Below, one piece after another: positions 23,875 to 37,146 of a DNA stretch of 64,000 nt. Location of the stretch: NCBI RefSeq assembly GCF_056746865.1, contig NZ_CM163382.1. One strand, 5' to 3'. Positions within the stretch are counted from its first letter, which is position 1. Each line of letters opens with the position of its first letter. A program made the position numbers and the translations under genes. The notes below the pieces were generated by a model that was not told the origin of the DNA, searched no databases, and saw only the letters and a program-made list of their open reading frames with translations.

Positions 23875-24639
23875 ATGAAGAATACTAAATTATTGCTGGC
23901 GATTGCGACCTCTGCAGCCTTACTGACAGGATGTCAGAATACGCACGGTATTAATACCGATTTGGCTATCAGCTCAGGTCTGAATGCTTATAAAGCCGCA
24001 ACATTAAGCGATGCTGATGCTAAAGCAATCGCCAATCAGGGCTGTGCCGAAATGGACAGCGGCAATCAAGTCGCAAGTAAATCCAGCAAGTACGGTAAAC
24101 GTCTGGCAAAAATCGCCAAAGCATTGGGTAACAATATTAATGGCACGCCGGTCAACTATAAGGTTTATATGACCAGCGACGTCAACGCATGGGCGATGGC
24201 GAACGGCTGTGTTCGTGTCTACAGTGGCCTGATGGACATGATGAACGACAACGAAATTGAAGGCGTTCTGGGTCATGAACTGGGCCACGTCGCGTTGGGT
24301 CACTCGCTGGCTGAAATGAAAGCTTCTTATGCGATCGTTGCCGCACGTGATGCGATTTCCGCTACCAGCGGTGTGGCTTCCCAGCTTTCTCGCTCACAAT
24401 TAGGTGATATCGCAGAAGGCGCGATCAATGCTAAATACTCCCGCGATAAAGAGTCCGAAGCAGATGATTTCTCCTTTGATCTGTTGAAGAAACGTGGCAT
24501 CAGCACCCAGGGGCTGGTTGGCAGCTTTGAAAAATTGGCCAGCCTGGATGGCGGTCGTACCCAGTCCATGTTTGACTCTCACCCACCATCAACAGAGCGT
24601 GCGCAACACATCCGTGATCGTATCGCCTCTGGTAAGTAA
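23875..24639 (+). CDS. ycaL: M48-family metalloprotease lipoprotein YcaL
   Basis: 254 aa; lipobox LLTGC; HExxH motif HELGHVALGH. Confidence 0.88.
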   Translation: MKNTKLLLAIATSAALLTGCQNTHGINTDLAISSGLNAYKAATLSDADAKAIANQGCAEMDSGNQVASKSSKYGKRLAKIAKALGNNINGTPVNYKVYMTSDVNAWAMANGCVRVYSGLMDMMNDNEIEGVLGHELGHVALGHSLAEMKASYAIVAARDAISATSGVASQLSRSQLGDIAEGAINAKYSRDKESEADDFSFDLLKKRGISTQGLVGSFEKLASLDGGRTQSMFDSHPPSTERAQHIRDRIASGK

Positions 24640-24811
24640 ATCATTGTCATCTTTCGGGCTGGTCTTCTGCCAGCCCGCTATAATTGCGCAATAAATCCCC
24701 ATCTGAATACAGACAAAACTGGTTTTTGCACACAACGTTAACGATTTGTGGCGTCGGCGCGTATAATGCGCGCGGTTATGTTAACGGTACGCCTGTTTTA
24801 AGGAGATAAAG

Positions 24812-25495
24812 ATGACGGCAATTGCCCCGGTTATTACCATTGATGGCCCAAGCGGTGCAGGGAAAGGCACCTTGTGTAAGGCTATGGCGGAAGCGTTGCA
24901 ATGGCATCTGCTGGACTCGGGTGCAATTTATCGCGTACTGGCACTGGCGGCATTACATCACCATGTTGATGTTGCATCGGAAGATGCGCTGGTGCCGCTG
25001 GCATCCCATCTGGATGTACGTTTTGTGTCGACCAATGGCAATCTGGAAGTGATCCTCGAAGGGGAAGATGTCAGCGGCGAAATTCGTACTCAGGAAGTGG
25101 CGAATGCTGCTTCACAAGTCGCGGCATTCCCACGCGTTCGTGAAGCATTATTGCGTCGCCAACGCGCGTTTCGCGAATTACCAGGCTTGATTGCCGATGG
25201 CCGCGATATGGGAACGGTGGTATTCCCTGATGCGCCAGTGAAAATTTTCCTTGACGCCTCCTCGGAAGAACGTGCGCATCGCCGCATGCTACAGTTGCAG
25301 GAGAAGGGCTTTAGTGTTAACTTTGAGCGCCTTTTGGCCGAGATCAAAGAACGCGACGACCGCGATCGTAACCGAGCGGTAGCGCCACTGGTTCCGGCAG
25401 CCGATGCTTTAGTGTTGGATTCCACCACCTTAAGCATTGAGCAAGTGATTGAAAAAGCGCTACAATACGCGCGCCAGAAATTGGCTCTCGCATAA
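24812..25495 (+). CDS. cmk: Cytidylate kinase
   Basis: 227 aa; P-loop GPSGAGKGT. Confidence 0.95.
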
Positions 25496-25605
25496 GCGAC
25501 CGAATTTGCAGTACCCCCGTTGCAATGGAATGACAGCGGGTATGTTAAACAACCCCATCCGGCATGGAGCCAGGTGGACGTTAAATATAAACCTGAAGAT
25601 TAAAC

Positions 25606-27279
25606 ATGACTGAATCTTTTGCTCAACTCTTTGAAGAGTCCTTAAAAGAAATCGAAACCCGCCCGGGTTCTATCGTTCGTGGCGTTGTTGTTGCTATCGA
25701 CAAAGACGTAGTACTGGTTGACGCTGGTCTGAAATCTGAGTCCGCCATCCCGGCTGAGCAGTTCAAAAACGCCCAGGGCGAGCTGGAAATCCAGGTAGGT
25801 GACGAAGTTGACGTTGCTCTGGACGCAGTAGAAGACGGCTTCGGTGAAACTCTGCTGTCCCGTGAAAAAGCTAAACGTCACGAAGCCTGGATCACGCTGG
25901 AAAAAGCTTACGAAGATGCTGAAACTGTTACCGGTGTTATCAACGGCAAAGTTAAGGGCGGCTTCACTGTTGAGCTGAACGGTATTCGTGCGTTCCTGCC
26001 AGGTTCTCTGGTAGACGTTCGTCCGGTGCGTGACACTCTGCACCTGGAAGGCAAAGAGCTTGAATTCAAAGTAATCAAGCTGGATCAGAAGCGCAACAAC
26101 GTTGTTGTTTCTCGTCGTGCCGTTATCGAATCCGAAAACAGCGCAGAGCGCGATCAGCTGCTGGAAAACCTGCAGGAAGGCATGGAAGTTAAAGGTATCG
26201 TTAAGAACCTCACTGACTACGGTGCATTCGTTGATCTGGGCGGCGTTGACGGCCTGCTGCACATCACTGACATGGCCTGGAAACGCGTTAAGCATCCGAG
26301 CGAAATCGTCAACGTTGGCGATGAAATCACTGTTAAAGTGCTGAAGTTCGACCGCGAACGTACCCGTGTATCCCTGGGCCTGAAACAGCTGGGCGAAGAT
26401 CCGTGGGTAGCTATCGCTAAACGTTATCCGGAAGGTACCAAACTGACTGGTCGCGTGACCAACCTGACCGACTACGGCTGCTTCGTTGAAATCGAAGAAG
26501 GCGTTGAAGGCCTGGTACACGTTTCCGAAATGGATTGGACCAACAAAAACATCCACCCGTCCAAAGTTGTTAACGTTGGCGATGTAGTGGAAGTTATGGT
26601 TCTGGATATCGACGAAGAACGTCGTCGTATCTCCCTGGGTCTGAAACAGTGCAAAGCTAACCCGTGGCAGCAGTTCGCGGAAACCCACAACAAGGGTGAC
26701 CGTGTTGAAGGTAAAATCAAGTCTATCACTGACTTCGGTATCTTCATCGGCCTGGACGGCGGCATCGACGGCCTGGTTCACCTGTCTGACATCTCCTGGA
26801 ACGTTGCAGGCGAAGAAGCAGTTCGTGAATACAAAAAAGGCGACGAAATCGCTGCAGTTGTTCTGCAGGTTGACGCAGAACGTGAACGTATCTCCCTGGG
26901 CGTTAAACAGCTCGCAGAAGATCCGTTCAACAACTGGGTTGCTCTGAACAAGAAAGGCGCTATCGTAACCGGTAAAGTAACTGCAGTTGACGCTAAAGGC
27001 GCAACCGTAGAACTGGCTGACGGCGTTGAAGGTTACCTGCGTGCTTCTGAAGCATCCCGTGACCGCGTTGAAGACGCTACCCTGGTTCTGAGCGTTGGCG
27101 ACGAAGTTGAAGCTAAATTCACCGGCGTTGATCGTAAAAACCGCGCAATCAGCCTGTCTGTTCGTGCGAAAGACGAAGCTGACGAGAAAGATGCAATCGC
27201 AACTGTTAACAAACAGGAAGATGCAAACTTCTCCAACAACGCAATGGCTGAAGCTTTCAAAGCAGCTAAAGGCGAGTAA
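25606..27279 (+). CDS. rpsA: 30S ribosomal protein S1
   Basis: 557 aa with six S1 domains. Confidence 0.97.
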
Positions 27280-27438
27280 TTCTCTGACTCTTCGGGATTT
27301 TTATTCCGAAGTTTGTTGAGTTTACTTGACAGATTGCAGGTTTCGTCCTGTAATCAAGCACTAAGGGCGGCTACGGCCGCCCTTAATCAATGCAGCAACA
27401 GCAGCCGCTTAATTTGCCTTTAAGGAACCGGAGGAATC

Positions 27439-27723
27439 ATGACCAAGTCAGAATTGATAGAAAGACTTGCCACCCAGCAATCGCACATTCCCGCCAAGAC
27501 GGTTGAAGATGCAGTAAAAGAGATGCTGGAGCATATGGCCTCGACTCTTGCGCAGGGCGAGCGTATTGAAATCCGCGGTTTCGGCAGTTTCTCTTTGCAC
27601 TACCGCGCACCACGTACCGGACGTAATCCGAAGACTGGCGATAAAGTAGAACTGGAAGGAAAATACGTTCCTCACTTTAAACCAGGTAAAGAACTGCGCG
27701 ATCGCGCCAATATTTACGGTTAA
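27439..27723 (+). CDS. ihfB: Integration host factor beta subunit
   Basis: 94 aa [34 protein letters not shown]... Confidence 0.96.
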
Positions 27724-27750
27724 GTTTTTACTCAAACTTGAACGCGAGAA

Positions 27751-27775
27751 AAGCACCTGTCGGGTGCTTTTTTCA
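27751..27775 (+). terminator. Rho-independent terminator of ihfB
   Basis: Hairpin aagcacc-tgtc-gggtgctt followed by a T-run. Confidence 0.7.
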
Positions 27776-27929
27776 TTTCTCTAATCTGGAACTGGAAGCT
27801 GCCTCGCAGAGTTTTGAGCAGTTTTCACCCTCTCGTTAAATTCTTCTGAACGTGCCTCGGGGAACGCAAAATTCCCACCAGACAACCGCTCAACAAAGTT
27901 GCACACTTTCCATAAACAGGGAGGGGTGC

Positions 27930-30194
27930 ATGAAAATAACGACAGTCGGCGTATGCATAATTTGCGGAATTTTTCCGTTGCTGATTTTGCCCCAATTGCC
28001 TGGGACATTAACCCTTGCGTCTCTGACCGTCTTCGCCTGCGTACTGGTATTTATCCCTTTTAAAACTGTCCGTTATATCGCGCTGACGTTGCTGTTTTTC
28101 GTTTGGGGCATATTAGCAGCAAAGCAAATTTTGTGGGCAGGAGAAACCTTAACTGGCGCGACGCAGGATGCAATTGTTGAGATCACTGCTACTGACGGTA
28201 TGACCACTCATTACGGTCAAATTACTCATCTACAAGGTCGACGTATATTCCCTGCGCCAGGCCTCGTGCTGTATGGCGAATATCTTCCGCAAGCGGTTTG
28301 TGCTGGACAACTGTGGTCAATGAAACTCAAAGTTCGTGCAGTTCATGGTCAACTTAATGATGGCGGCTTTGATAGCCAGCGTTATGCCATTGCCCAGCAT
28401 CAGCCGCTCACCGGCCGATTTCTGCAGGCAAGTGTCATTGAACCGAATTGTAGCCTGCGTGCACAGTATCTGGCGTCATTACAAACAACGCTGCAACCCT
28501 ATATGTGGAATGCGGTTATTCTTGGTTTAGGTATGGGGGAACGGTTATCCGTTCCCAAAGAAATCAAAAATATCATGCGCGATACTGGAACGGCGCATTT
28601 AATGGCGATATCGGGATTGCATATCGCTTTTGCGGCGTTGCTGGCTGCCGGACTCATTCGCGGTGGGCAAGTTTTTCTGCCCGGGCGCTGGATCCAATGG
28701 CAAATGCCATTAATTGGCGGAATCTGCTGTGCTGCTTTTTATGCCTGGCTGACTGGGATGCAACCTCCTGCATTGCGTACCGTGGTGGCGCTTGCCATGT
28801 GGGGAATGCTTAAGTTAAGTGGGCGACAATGGAGTGGCTGGGATGTATGGATATGTTGTCTGGCGGCAATTTTGTTGATGGATCCTGTTGCCATTCTCTC
28901 GCAAAGTTTATGGCTCTCTGCCGCTGCGGTCGCGGCACTGATTTTTTGGTATCAGTGGTTTCCCTGTCCGGAGTGGCAACTGCCGCCGGTATTGCGCGCG
29001 GTTGTTTCCCTCATCCATCTGCAGCTGGGAATCACCCTCCTGCTTATGCCCGTGCAAATCGTCATATTTCATGGCATTAGTCTGACCTCGTTTATTGCAA
29101 ATCTATTTGCAATTCCCCTGGTGACATTTATCACGGTTCCATTGATCCTCGCCGCGATGGTTGTGCATTTAAGCGGGCCGTTAATCCTGGAACAGGGGTT
29201 ATGGTTTCTTGCCGACCGGTCTTTGGCTTTACTTTTCTGGGGGTTAAAGAGTTTGCCGGAAGGGTGGATCAACATTGCTGAACGTTGGCAATGGCTAACA
29301 TTTTCCCCATGGTTCTTACTGGTGGTATGGCGATTAAACGCCTGGCGAACGTTGCCAGCAATGTGTGTGGCTGGAGGCTTGCTGATGTGCTGGCCGCTGT
29401 GGCAAAAACCTCGACCTGACGAGTGGCAAGTGTACATGCTTGATGTCGGGCAAGGGCTAGCAATGGTGATAGCCAGAAACGGCAAAGCGATTCTCTATGA
29501 CACGGGACTGGCCTGGCCCGAAGGGGATAGTGGGCAACAACTGATTATCCCCTGGCTCCACTGGCATAATCTTGAACCGGAAGGCGTTATTCTGAGTCAT
29601 GAACATCTGGATCACCGGGGAGGGCTGGACTCAATATTGCACACATGGCCGATGTTATGGATCAGAAGTCCGTTAAACTGGGAACATCATCAGCCCTGTG
29701 TGCGTGGCGAAGCGTGGCAATGGCAAGGATTGCGTTTCAGCGCGCACTGGCCTTTACAAGCTAGCAACGATAAAGGAAATAACCATTCCTGTGTGGTTAA
29801 GGTTGATGACGGGACGAATAGCATTCTTCTAACCGGTGATATTGAAGCCCCCGCTGAACAAAAGATGCTAAGCCGTTACTGGCAGCAAGTGCAGGCAACA
29901 TTGCTTCAGGTACCTCACCATGGCAGTAATACCTCATCATCGTTGCCATTAATTCAGCGAGTGAATGGAAAAGTGGCACTCGCATCGGCATCGCGCTATA
30001 ACGCATGGCGATTGCCCTCCAACAAAGTTAAGCATCGCTATCAACAACAAGGTTATAAGTGGCTTGATACTCCACATCAGGGTCAAGTGACGGTCAATTT
30101 TTCAGCGCAAGGCTGGCGGATTAGCAGCCTCAGAGAGCAAATTTTACCTCGTTGGTATCATCAGTGGTTTGGCGTGCCAGTGGATAACGGGTAG
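27930..30194 (+). CDS. ycaI: ComEC/Rec2-family inner-membrane protein YcaI (competence-like channel plus metallo-beta-lactamase domain)
   Basis: 754 aa from MKITTVGVCIICGIFPLL...; ATG at 27930 preceded by GGGAGGGG; C-terminal HEHLDH motif. Confidence 0.85.
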   Translation: MKITTVGVCIICGIFPLLILPQLPGTLTLASLTVFACVLVFIPFKTVRYIALTLLFFVWGILAAKQILWAGETLTGATQDAIVEITATDGMTTHYGQITHLQGRRIFPAPGLVLYGEYLPQAVCAGQLWSMKLKVRAVHGQLNDGGFDSQRYAIAQHQPLTGRFLQASVIEPNCSLRAQYLASLQTTLQPYMWNAVILGLGMGERLSVPKEIKNIMRDTGTAHLMAISGLHIAFAALLAAGLIRGGQVFLPGRWIQWQMPLIGGICCAAFYAWLTGMQPPALRTVVALAMWGMLKLSGRQWSGWDVWICCLAAILLMDPVAILSQSLWLSAAAVAALIFWYQWFPCPEWQLPPVLRAVVSLIHLQLGITLLLMPVQIVIFHGISLTSFIANLFAIPLVTFITVPLILAAMVVHLSGPLILEQGLWFLADRSLALLFWGLKSLPEGWINIAERWQWLTFSPWFLLVVWRLNAWRTLPAMCVAGGLLMCWPLWQKPRPDEWQVYMLDVGQGLAMVIARNGKAILYDTGLAWPEGDSGQQLIIPWLHWHNLEPEGVILSHEHLDHRGGLDSILHTWPMLWIRSPLNWEHHQPCVRGEAWQWQGLRFSAHWPLQASNDKGNNHSCVVKVDDGTNSILLTGDIEAPAEQKMLSRYWQQVQATLLQVPHHGSNTSSSLPLIQRVNGKVALASASRYNAWRLPSNKVKHRYQQQGYKWLDTPHQGQVTVNFSAQGWRISSLREQILPRWYHQWFGVPVDNG

Positions 30195-30230
30195 AATATG
30201 CGGCTATTTCAACAAATGCTGGTTTTTTGA

Positions 30231-31979
30231 ATGCATAACGACAAAGATCTCTCTACGTGGCAGACATTCCGCCGACTGTGGCCAACCATTGCGCCTTTTA
30301 AAGCGGGTCTGATCGTGGCGGGCGTAGCGTTAATCCTCAACGCAGCCAGCGATACCTTCATGTTATCGCTCCTTAAGCCACTTCTTGATGATGGCTTTGG
30401 TAAAACAGATCGCTCCGTGCTGGTGTGGATGCCGCTGGTGGTGATCGGGCTGATGATTTTACGTGGTATCACCAGCTATGTCTCCAGCTACTGTATCTCC
30501 TGGGTATCAGGAAAGGTGGTAATGACTATGCGTCGCCGCCTGTTTGGTCACATGATGGGAATGCCTGTTTCATTTTTTGACAAACAGTCAACGGGTACGC
30601 TGTTGTCACGTATCACCTACGATTCCGAACAGGTTGCTTCTTCTTCTTCCGGCGCACTGATTACTGTTGTGCGTGAAGGTGCGTCGATCATCGGCCTGTT
30701 CATCATGATGTTCTATTACAGCTGGCAACTGTCGATCATTTTGATTGTGCTGGCACCGATTGTTTCGATTGCGATTCGCGTTGTATCGAAGCGTTTTCGT
30801 AACATCAGTAAAAACATGCAGAACACCATGGGGCAGGTGACCACCAGCGCAGAACAAATGCTGAAGGGCCACAAAGAAGTATTGATTTTCGGTGGTCAGG
30901 AAGTGGAAACGAAACGCTTCGATAAAGTCAGTAACCGAATGCGTCTTCAGGGGATGAAAATGGTTTCAGCCTCTTCCATCTCTGATCCGATCATTCAGCT
31001 GATCGCCTCTTTGGCGCTGGCGTTTGTTCTGTATGCGGCGAGCTTCCCAAGTGTTATGGATAACCTGACTGCCGGTACGATTACCGTTGTTTTCTCTTCA
31101 ATGATTGCACTGATGCGTCCACTGAAATCGCTGACCAACGTTAACGCCCAGTTCCAGCGCGGTATGGCGGCTTGTCAGACGCTGTTTACCATTCTGGACA
31201 GTGAGCAGGAGAAAGACGAAGGTAAGCGCGTGATCGAGCGTGCGACTGGCGACGTGGAATTCCGCAATGTCACCTTTACTTATCCGGGACGTGACGTACC
31301 CGCATTGCGTAACATCAACCTGAAAATTCCGGCAGGGAAGACGGTTGCTCTGGTTGGACGCTCTGGTTCGGGTAAATCAACCATCGCCAGCCTGATCACG
31401 CGTTTTTACGATATTGATGAAGGCGAAATCCTGATGGATGGTCACGATCTGCGCGAGTATACCCTGGCGTCGTTACGTAACCAGGTTGCTCTGGTGTCGC
31501 AGAATGTCCATTTGTTTAACGATACTGTTGCTAACAACATTGCTTACGCACGGACTGAACAGTACAGCCGTGAGCAAATTGAAGAAGCGGCGCGTATGGC
31601 CTACGCCATGGACTTCATCAATAAGATGGATAACGGTCTCGATACAGTGATTGGTGAAAACGGCGTGCTGCTCTCTGGCGGTCAGCGTCAGCGTATTGCC
31701 ATCGCTCGAGCCTTGTTGCGTGATAGCCCGATTCTGATTCTGGACGAAGCTACCTCGGCGCTGGATACCGAATCTGAACGTGCGATTCAGGCGGCATTGG
31801 ATGAGTTGCAGAAAAACCGTACCTCTCTGGTGATTGCCCACCGCTTGTCTACCATTGAAAAGGCAGACGAAATCGTGGTCGTCGAGGATGGTGTCATTGT
31901 GGAACGCGGTACGCATAACGATTTGCTTGAGCACCGTGGCGTTTACGCGCAACTTCACAAAATGCAGTTTGGCCAATGA
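30231..31979 (+). CDS. msbA: Lipid A / lipopolysaccharide ABC flippase MsbA
   Basis: 582 aa; Walker [10 protein letters not shown]; ABC signature LSGGQRQR. Confidence 0.96.
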   Translation: MHNDKDLSTWQTFRRLWPTIAPFKAGLIVAGVALILNAASDTFMLSLLKPLLDDGFGKTDRSVLVWMPLVVIGLMILRGITSYVSSYCISWVSGKVVMTMRRRLFGHMMGMPVSFFDKQSTGTLLSRITYDSEQVASSSSGALITVVREGASIIGLFIMMFYYSWQLSIILIVLAPIVSIAIRVVSKRFRNISKNMQNTMGQVTTSAEQMLKGHKEVLIFGGQEVETKRFDKVSNRMRLQGMKMVSASSISDPIIQLIASLALAFVLYAASFPSVMDNLTAGTITVVFSSMIALMRPLKSLTNVNAQFQRGMAACQTLFTILDSEQEKDEGKRVIERATGDVEFRNVTFTYPGRDVPALRNINLKIPAGKTVALVGRSGSGKSTIASLITRFYDIDEGEILMDGHDLREYTLASLRNQVALVSQNVHLFNDTVANNIAYARTEQYSREQIEEAARMAYAMDFINKMDNGLDTVIGENGVLLSGGQRQRIAIARALLRDSPILILDEATSALDTESERAIQAALDELQKNRTSLVIAHRLSTIEKADEIVVVEDGVIVERGTHNDLLEHRGVYAQLHKMQFGQ

Positions 31980-32962
31980 TCGAAAAAATCTGGTCTGGTG
32001 AATCCCCTTTGTGGCGGCTATTGCTGCCACTCTCCTGGTTGTATGGCCTGGTGAGTGGCGCGATCCGTCTTTGCTATAAACTAAAACTGAAGCGCGCCTG
32101 GCGTGCCCCCGTACCGGTTGTCGTGGTTGGTAATCTCACCGCAGGCGGCAATGGAAAAACCCCGGTCGTTGTCTGGCTGGTGGAACAGCTGCAACAGCGC
32201 GGTATTCGCGTGGGGGTAGTATCGCGGGGATATGGTGGTAAGGCTGAATCTTATCCGCTGTTATTGTCGGCAGATACCACCACAGCACAGGCGGGTGATG
32301 AACCTGTGTTGATTTATCAACGCACTGGCGCGCCCGTTGCGGTTTCTCCCGTGCGTTCTGATGCGGTAAAAGCCATTCTGGCGCAACACCCTGATGTGCA
32401 GATCATCGTAACCGACGACGGTTTACAGCATTACCGTCTGGCGCGTGATGTGGAAATTGTCGTTGTTGATGGTGTGCGTCGCTTTGGCAATGGCTGGTGG
32501 TTGCCGGCGGGGCCAATGCGTGAGCGAGCGGGGCGCTTAAAGTCGGTTGATGCGGTAATCGTCAACGGCGGTGTCCCACGCAGCGGTGAAATCCCCATGC
32601 ATCTGCTGCCGGGTCAGGCGGTGAATTTACGTACCGGTATGCGTTGTGACGTTGCTCAGCTTGAACATGTAGTGGCGATGGCGGGGATTGGACATCCGCC
32701 GCGCTTTTTTGCCACGCTGAAGATGTGCGGCGTACAACCGGAAAAATGTGTACCGCTGGCCGATCATCAGTCTTTGAATCATGCGGATGTCAGCGCGTTG
32801 GTAAGCGCCGGGCAAACGCTGGTAATGACTGAAAAAGATGCGGTGAAATGCCGGGCCTTTGCAGAAGAAAATTGGTGGTATTTGCCTGTAGACGCACAGC
32901 TTTCAGGTGATGAACCAGCGAAACTGCTTGCGCAACTAACCTCGCTGGCTTCTGGCAACTAG
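31976..32962 (+). CDS. lpxK: Tetraacyldisaccharide 4'-kinase
   Basis: 328 aa; ATGA start/stop overlap with msbA; P-loop [11 protein letters not shown]. Confidence 0.95.
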   Translation: MIEKIWSGESPLWRLLLPLSWLYGLVSGAIRLCYKLKLKRAWRAPVPVVVVGNLTAGGNGKTPVVVWLVEQLQQRGIRVGVVSRGYGGKAESYPLLLSADTTTAQAGDEPVLIYQRTGAPVAVSPVRSDAVKAILAQHPDVQIIVTDDGLQHYRLARDVEIVVVDGVRRFGNGWWLPAGPMRERAGRLKSVDAVIVNGGVPRSGEIPMHLLPGQAVNLRTGMRCDVAQLEHVVAMAGIGHPPRFFATLKMCGVQPEKCVPLADHQSLNHADVSALVSAGQTLVMTEKDAVKCRAFAEENWWYLPVDAQLSGDEPAKLLAQLTSLASGN

Positions 32963-32998
32963 TTACGCCGCGGCAGCGTTCGATTGATGGAGTCATGA

Positions 32999-34231
32999 AT
33001 GTCGCTGCCGCACCTCTCTCTTGCTGATGCGCGTAATCTTCACCTCGCCGCGCAAGGCCTGTTAAACAAACCCCGCCGTCGAGCGTCGTTGGAGGATATT
33101 CCGGCAACGATCTCCCGAATGTCCTTGCTGCAAATCGATACCATTAATATTGTTGCCCGTAGTCCATATCTGGTGCTTTTCAGTCGTCTGGGAAATTATC
33201 CTGCCCAGTGGCTGGATGAGTCTCTGGCGCGTGGCGAATTAATGGAATACTGGGCGCATGAAGCCTGCTTTATGCCGCGTAGCGACTTTCGTCTTATTCG
33301 CCACCGCATGCTGGCACCTGAAAAAATGGGCTGGAAATACAAAGACGCCTGGATGCAGGAACATGAGGCGGAAATTGCACAGTTAATTCAGCATATTCAT
33401 GATAAGGGGCCGGTACGTTCAGCCGATTTTGAGCATCCTCGTAAAGGTGCAAGCGGCTGGTGGGAATGGAAGCCGCATAAACGGCATCTGGAAGGTTTAT
33501 TTACTGCCGGAAAGGTGATGGTGATTGAACGGCGCAACTTCCAGCGCGTTTATGATTTAACCCACCGAGTCATGCCTGACTGGGATGATGAGCGCGATCT
33601 CGTTTCGCAAACAGAAGCAGAAATCATCATGCTGGATAACAGTGCGCGTAGCCTGGGAATATTCCGCGAACAGTGGCTGGCAGATTACTATCGGCTGAAA
33701 CGTCCGGCACTGGCGGCGTGGCGCGAAGCGAGGGCTGAACAGCAGCAAATCATTGCTGTGCATGTTGAAAAATTGGGCAATCTTTGGCTGCATGCTGATT
33801 TGCTGCCGCTACTCGAGCGTGCGCTGGCCGGAAAGCTCACTGCAACGCACAGCGCGGTACTTTCGCCTTTTGATCCTGTTGTCTGGGATCGCAAACGCGC
33901 AGAGCAGCTTTTTGATTTTAGCTACCGGCTGGAGTGCTATACCCCAGCGCCGAAACGCCAGTATGGCTATTTTGTTCTGCCGTTATTACATCGTGGGCAA
34001 TTAGTTGGGCGAATGGATGCCAAAATGCATCGCCAGACAGGCATCCTTGAAGTTATCTCTCTGTGGTTACAGGAAGGCATTAAACCAACGACAACGCTGC
34101 AAAAAGGGTTACGTCAGGCGATTACTGATTTCGCTAACTGGCAGCAGGCAACGCGGGTGACATTAGGACGCTGCCCGCAAGGCCTCTTTACTGATTGCCG
34201 CACCGGCTGGGAAATAGACCCCGTCGCATAA
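32999..34231 (+). CDS. ycaQ: Winged-helix DNA glycosylase-like protein YcaQ
   Basis: 410 aa; matches YcaQ from memory. Confidence 0.8.
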   Translation: MSLPHLSLADARNLHLAAQGLLNKPRRRASLEDIPATISRMSLLQIDTINIVARSPYLVLFSRLGNYPAQWLDESLARGELMEYWAHEACFMPRSDFRLIRHRMLAPEKMGWKYKDAWMQEHEAEIAQLIQHIHDKGPVRSADFEHPRKGASGWWEWKPHKRHLEGLFTAGKVMVIERRNFQRVYDLTHRVMPDWDDERDLVSQTEAEIIMLDNSARSLGIFREQWLADYYRLKRPALAAWREARAEQQQIIAVHVEKLGNLWLHADLLPLLERALAGKLTATHSAVLSPFDPVVWDRKRAEQLFDFSYRLECYTPAPKRQYGYFVLPLLHRGQLVGRMDAKMHRQTGILEVISLWLQEGIKPTTTLQKGLRQAITDFANWQQATRVTLGRCPQGLFTDCRTGWEIDPVA

Positions 34232-34282
34232 ATGATTATGATAAGATTTATGCATTCATAACCCGATCCATCTGGAGGAACT

Positions 34283-35208
<926 letters not shown>

Positions 35209-35361
35209 TTTCACTTCACGACACTCCAGCCAATTTTGGGAGGAGTGTCGTACCGTTACGATTTTCCTCAATTTTTCTTTTCAACAATTGATCTCATTCA
35301 GGTGACATCTTTTATATTGGCGCTCATTATGAAAGCAGTAGCTTTTATGAGGGTAATCTGA

Positions 35362-36255
35362 ATGGAACAGCTGCGTGCCGAATTAAGCCATTTACTGGGC
35401 GAAAAACTCAGTCGTATTGAGTGCGTCAATGAAAAAGCGGATACGGCGTTGTGGGCTTTGTATGACAGCCAGGGAAACCCAATGCCGTTAATGGCAAGAA
35501 GCTTTAGTACGCCCGGAAAAGCCCGACAACTGGCATGGAAAACCACCATGCTGGCAAGAAGTGGGACTGTCCGTATGCCGATTATTTATGGTGTGATGAC
35601 GCATGAAGAACACCCTGGCCCCGATGTCCTGCTACTGGAGCGGATGCGTGGTGTTTCGGTGGAGGCACCAGCCCGAACACCAGAACGCTGGGAACAGCTT
35701 AAAGATCAAATCGTTGAAGCCTTACTGGCCTGGCACCGTCAGGACAGTCGCGGTTGCGTCGGCGCGGTCGACAATACTCAGGAAAATTTCTGGCCCTCAT
35801 GGTACCGGCAACATGTTGAAGTGCTATGGACCACGCTCAATCAGTTCAATAACACCGGTCTAACGATGCAGGATAAGCGGATCCTGTTTCGTACTCGCGA
35901 ATGTCTCCCGGCATTATTTGAAGGCTTTAACGACAATTGTGTGCTGATTCACGGTAACTTCTGTTTACGCAGCATGCTGAAAGATTCGCGCAGCGATCAG
36001 TTACTGGCGATGGTCGGGCCGGGACTAATGCTTTGGGCACCGCGAGAATATGAACTGTTCCGACTAATGGATAATTCTCTGGCGGAAGATTTGCTCTGGA
36101 GTTACCTGCAACGCGCGCCAGTGGCGGAGTCGTTCATCTGGCGGCGTTGGTTGTATGTGTTATGGGATGAAGTTGCGCAACTGGTTAATACCGGACGATT
36201 TAGTCGGCGCAACTTCGATCTGGCATCAAAATCACTCTTGCCGTGGCTCGCCTGA
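35362..36255 (+). CDS. ycbJ: Putative phosphotransferase/kinase-like protein YcbJ
   Basis: 297 aa; 3' end overlaps the 3' end of convergent elyC by 24 nt. Confidence 0.8.
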   Translation: MEQLRAELSHLLGEKLSRIECVNEKADTALWALYDSQGNPMPLMARSFSTPGKARQLAWKTTMLARSGTVRMPIIYGVMTHEEHPGPDVLLLERMRGVSVEAPARTPERWEQLKDQIVEALLAWHRQDSRGCVGAVDNTQENFWPSWYRQHVEVLWTTLNQFNNTGLTMQDKRILFRTRECLPALFEGFNDNCVLIHGNFCLRSMLKDSRSDQLLAMVGPGLMLWAPREYELFRLMDNSLAEDLLWSYLQRAPVAESFIWRRWLYVLWDEVAQLVNTGRFSRRNFDLASKSLLPWLA

Positions 36256-37011
36256 CGAACCTTTTAGCCACTGCCAGATGCGGCCAAGCGTTTCATAGCC
36301 AACACGATCGCTATGCATCAACCAAACCGGAGAAGGGATTGCCCGTTCCCACGGATTAAGCGGCGAGTCGATGGCCAACTGATTCGCCGGGGCTGGCAGC
36401 GGATTTAGCCCTTCCTGCTGAAAAAAGATCATCGCCCGCGGCAGATGTGATGCGGAGGTCACCAGCAGGAAAGGGGCGTCACCAATCGCCTGTTTCACTG
36501 CCGCAGCTTCTTCTTCGGTATCTTTTGGCAAATCCAGGGTGATAATTTGCTCGCGCGGCACGCCCAGCGATTGCGCAACTCGGGCACCTACTTCCGCTGT
36601 ACTCACCGTATTGGTTTTTGCTACGCCTCCCGTGAAGATCAGTTTTGATCCCGGATTTTCGCGCCATAAGCGAATACCTTCATTCAGGCGGGGCAGACTG
36701 TTATTGATTAAATTCGAGCTTGGTGCCCACTGCGGGTTCCAGGTATAACCACCTCCGAGCACCACGATATAGTCCACTTTTTGCGAATTATTCCATGTCG
36801 GATAGGTGCTTTCGATGGGACGCAGCAGGCGGTCGGCTACCGGTTGCAAACTCAATAACAAGAGCGCCAGCCACCCAATGCTAATAAAAATCTTCCCGGT
36901 TTTTTGAAAACGGCTAAACCACAGCAGCGCCAGGCCAGCGCCAATAATCAACAACATCAGCGGAAGTGGCAGCAACATATTGCCAATCACTTTTTTCAGT
37001 GTAAAAAGCAT
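36232..37011 (-). CDS. elyC: Envelope biogenesis factor ElyC (YcbC, DUF218)
   Basis: 259 aa; N-terminal transmembrane segments. Confidence 0.85.
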   Translation of the reverse strand: MLFTLKKVIGNMLLPLPLMLLIIGAGLALLWFSRFQKTGKIFISIGWLALLLLSLQPVADRLLRPIESTYPTWNNSQKVDYIVVLGGGYTWNPQWAPSSNLINNSLPRLNEGIRLWRENPGSKLIFTGGVAKTNTVSTAEVGARVAQSLGVPREQIITLDLPKDTEEEAAAVKQAIGDAPFLLVTSASHLPRAMIFFQQEGLNPLPAPANQLAIDSPLNPWERAIPSPVWLMHSDRVGYETLGRIWQWLKGSSGEPRQE

Positions 37012-37146
37012 CCTTTCTGGTTCCTTTTTTAACCATATAGCAAGGGATCGCCAGCGATATTACACCAGACGGGTTCATTCTCGCCGTGGCTGTGACAAAA
37101 TAGCGTCTTTATCAGAAAACGTCTTAGCCAACCGGTGGAGAAAGCA

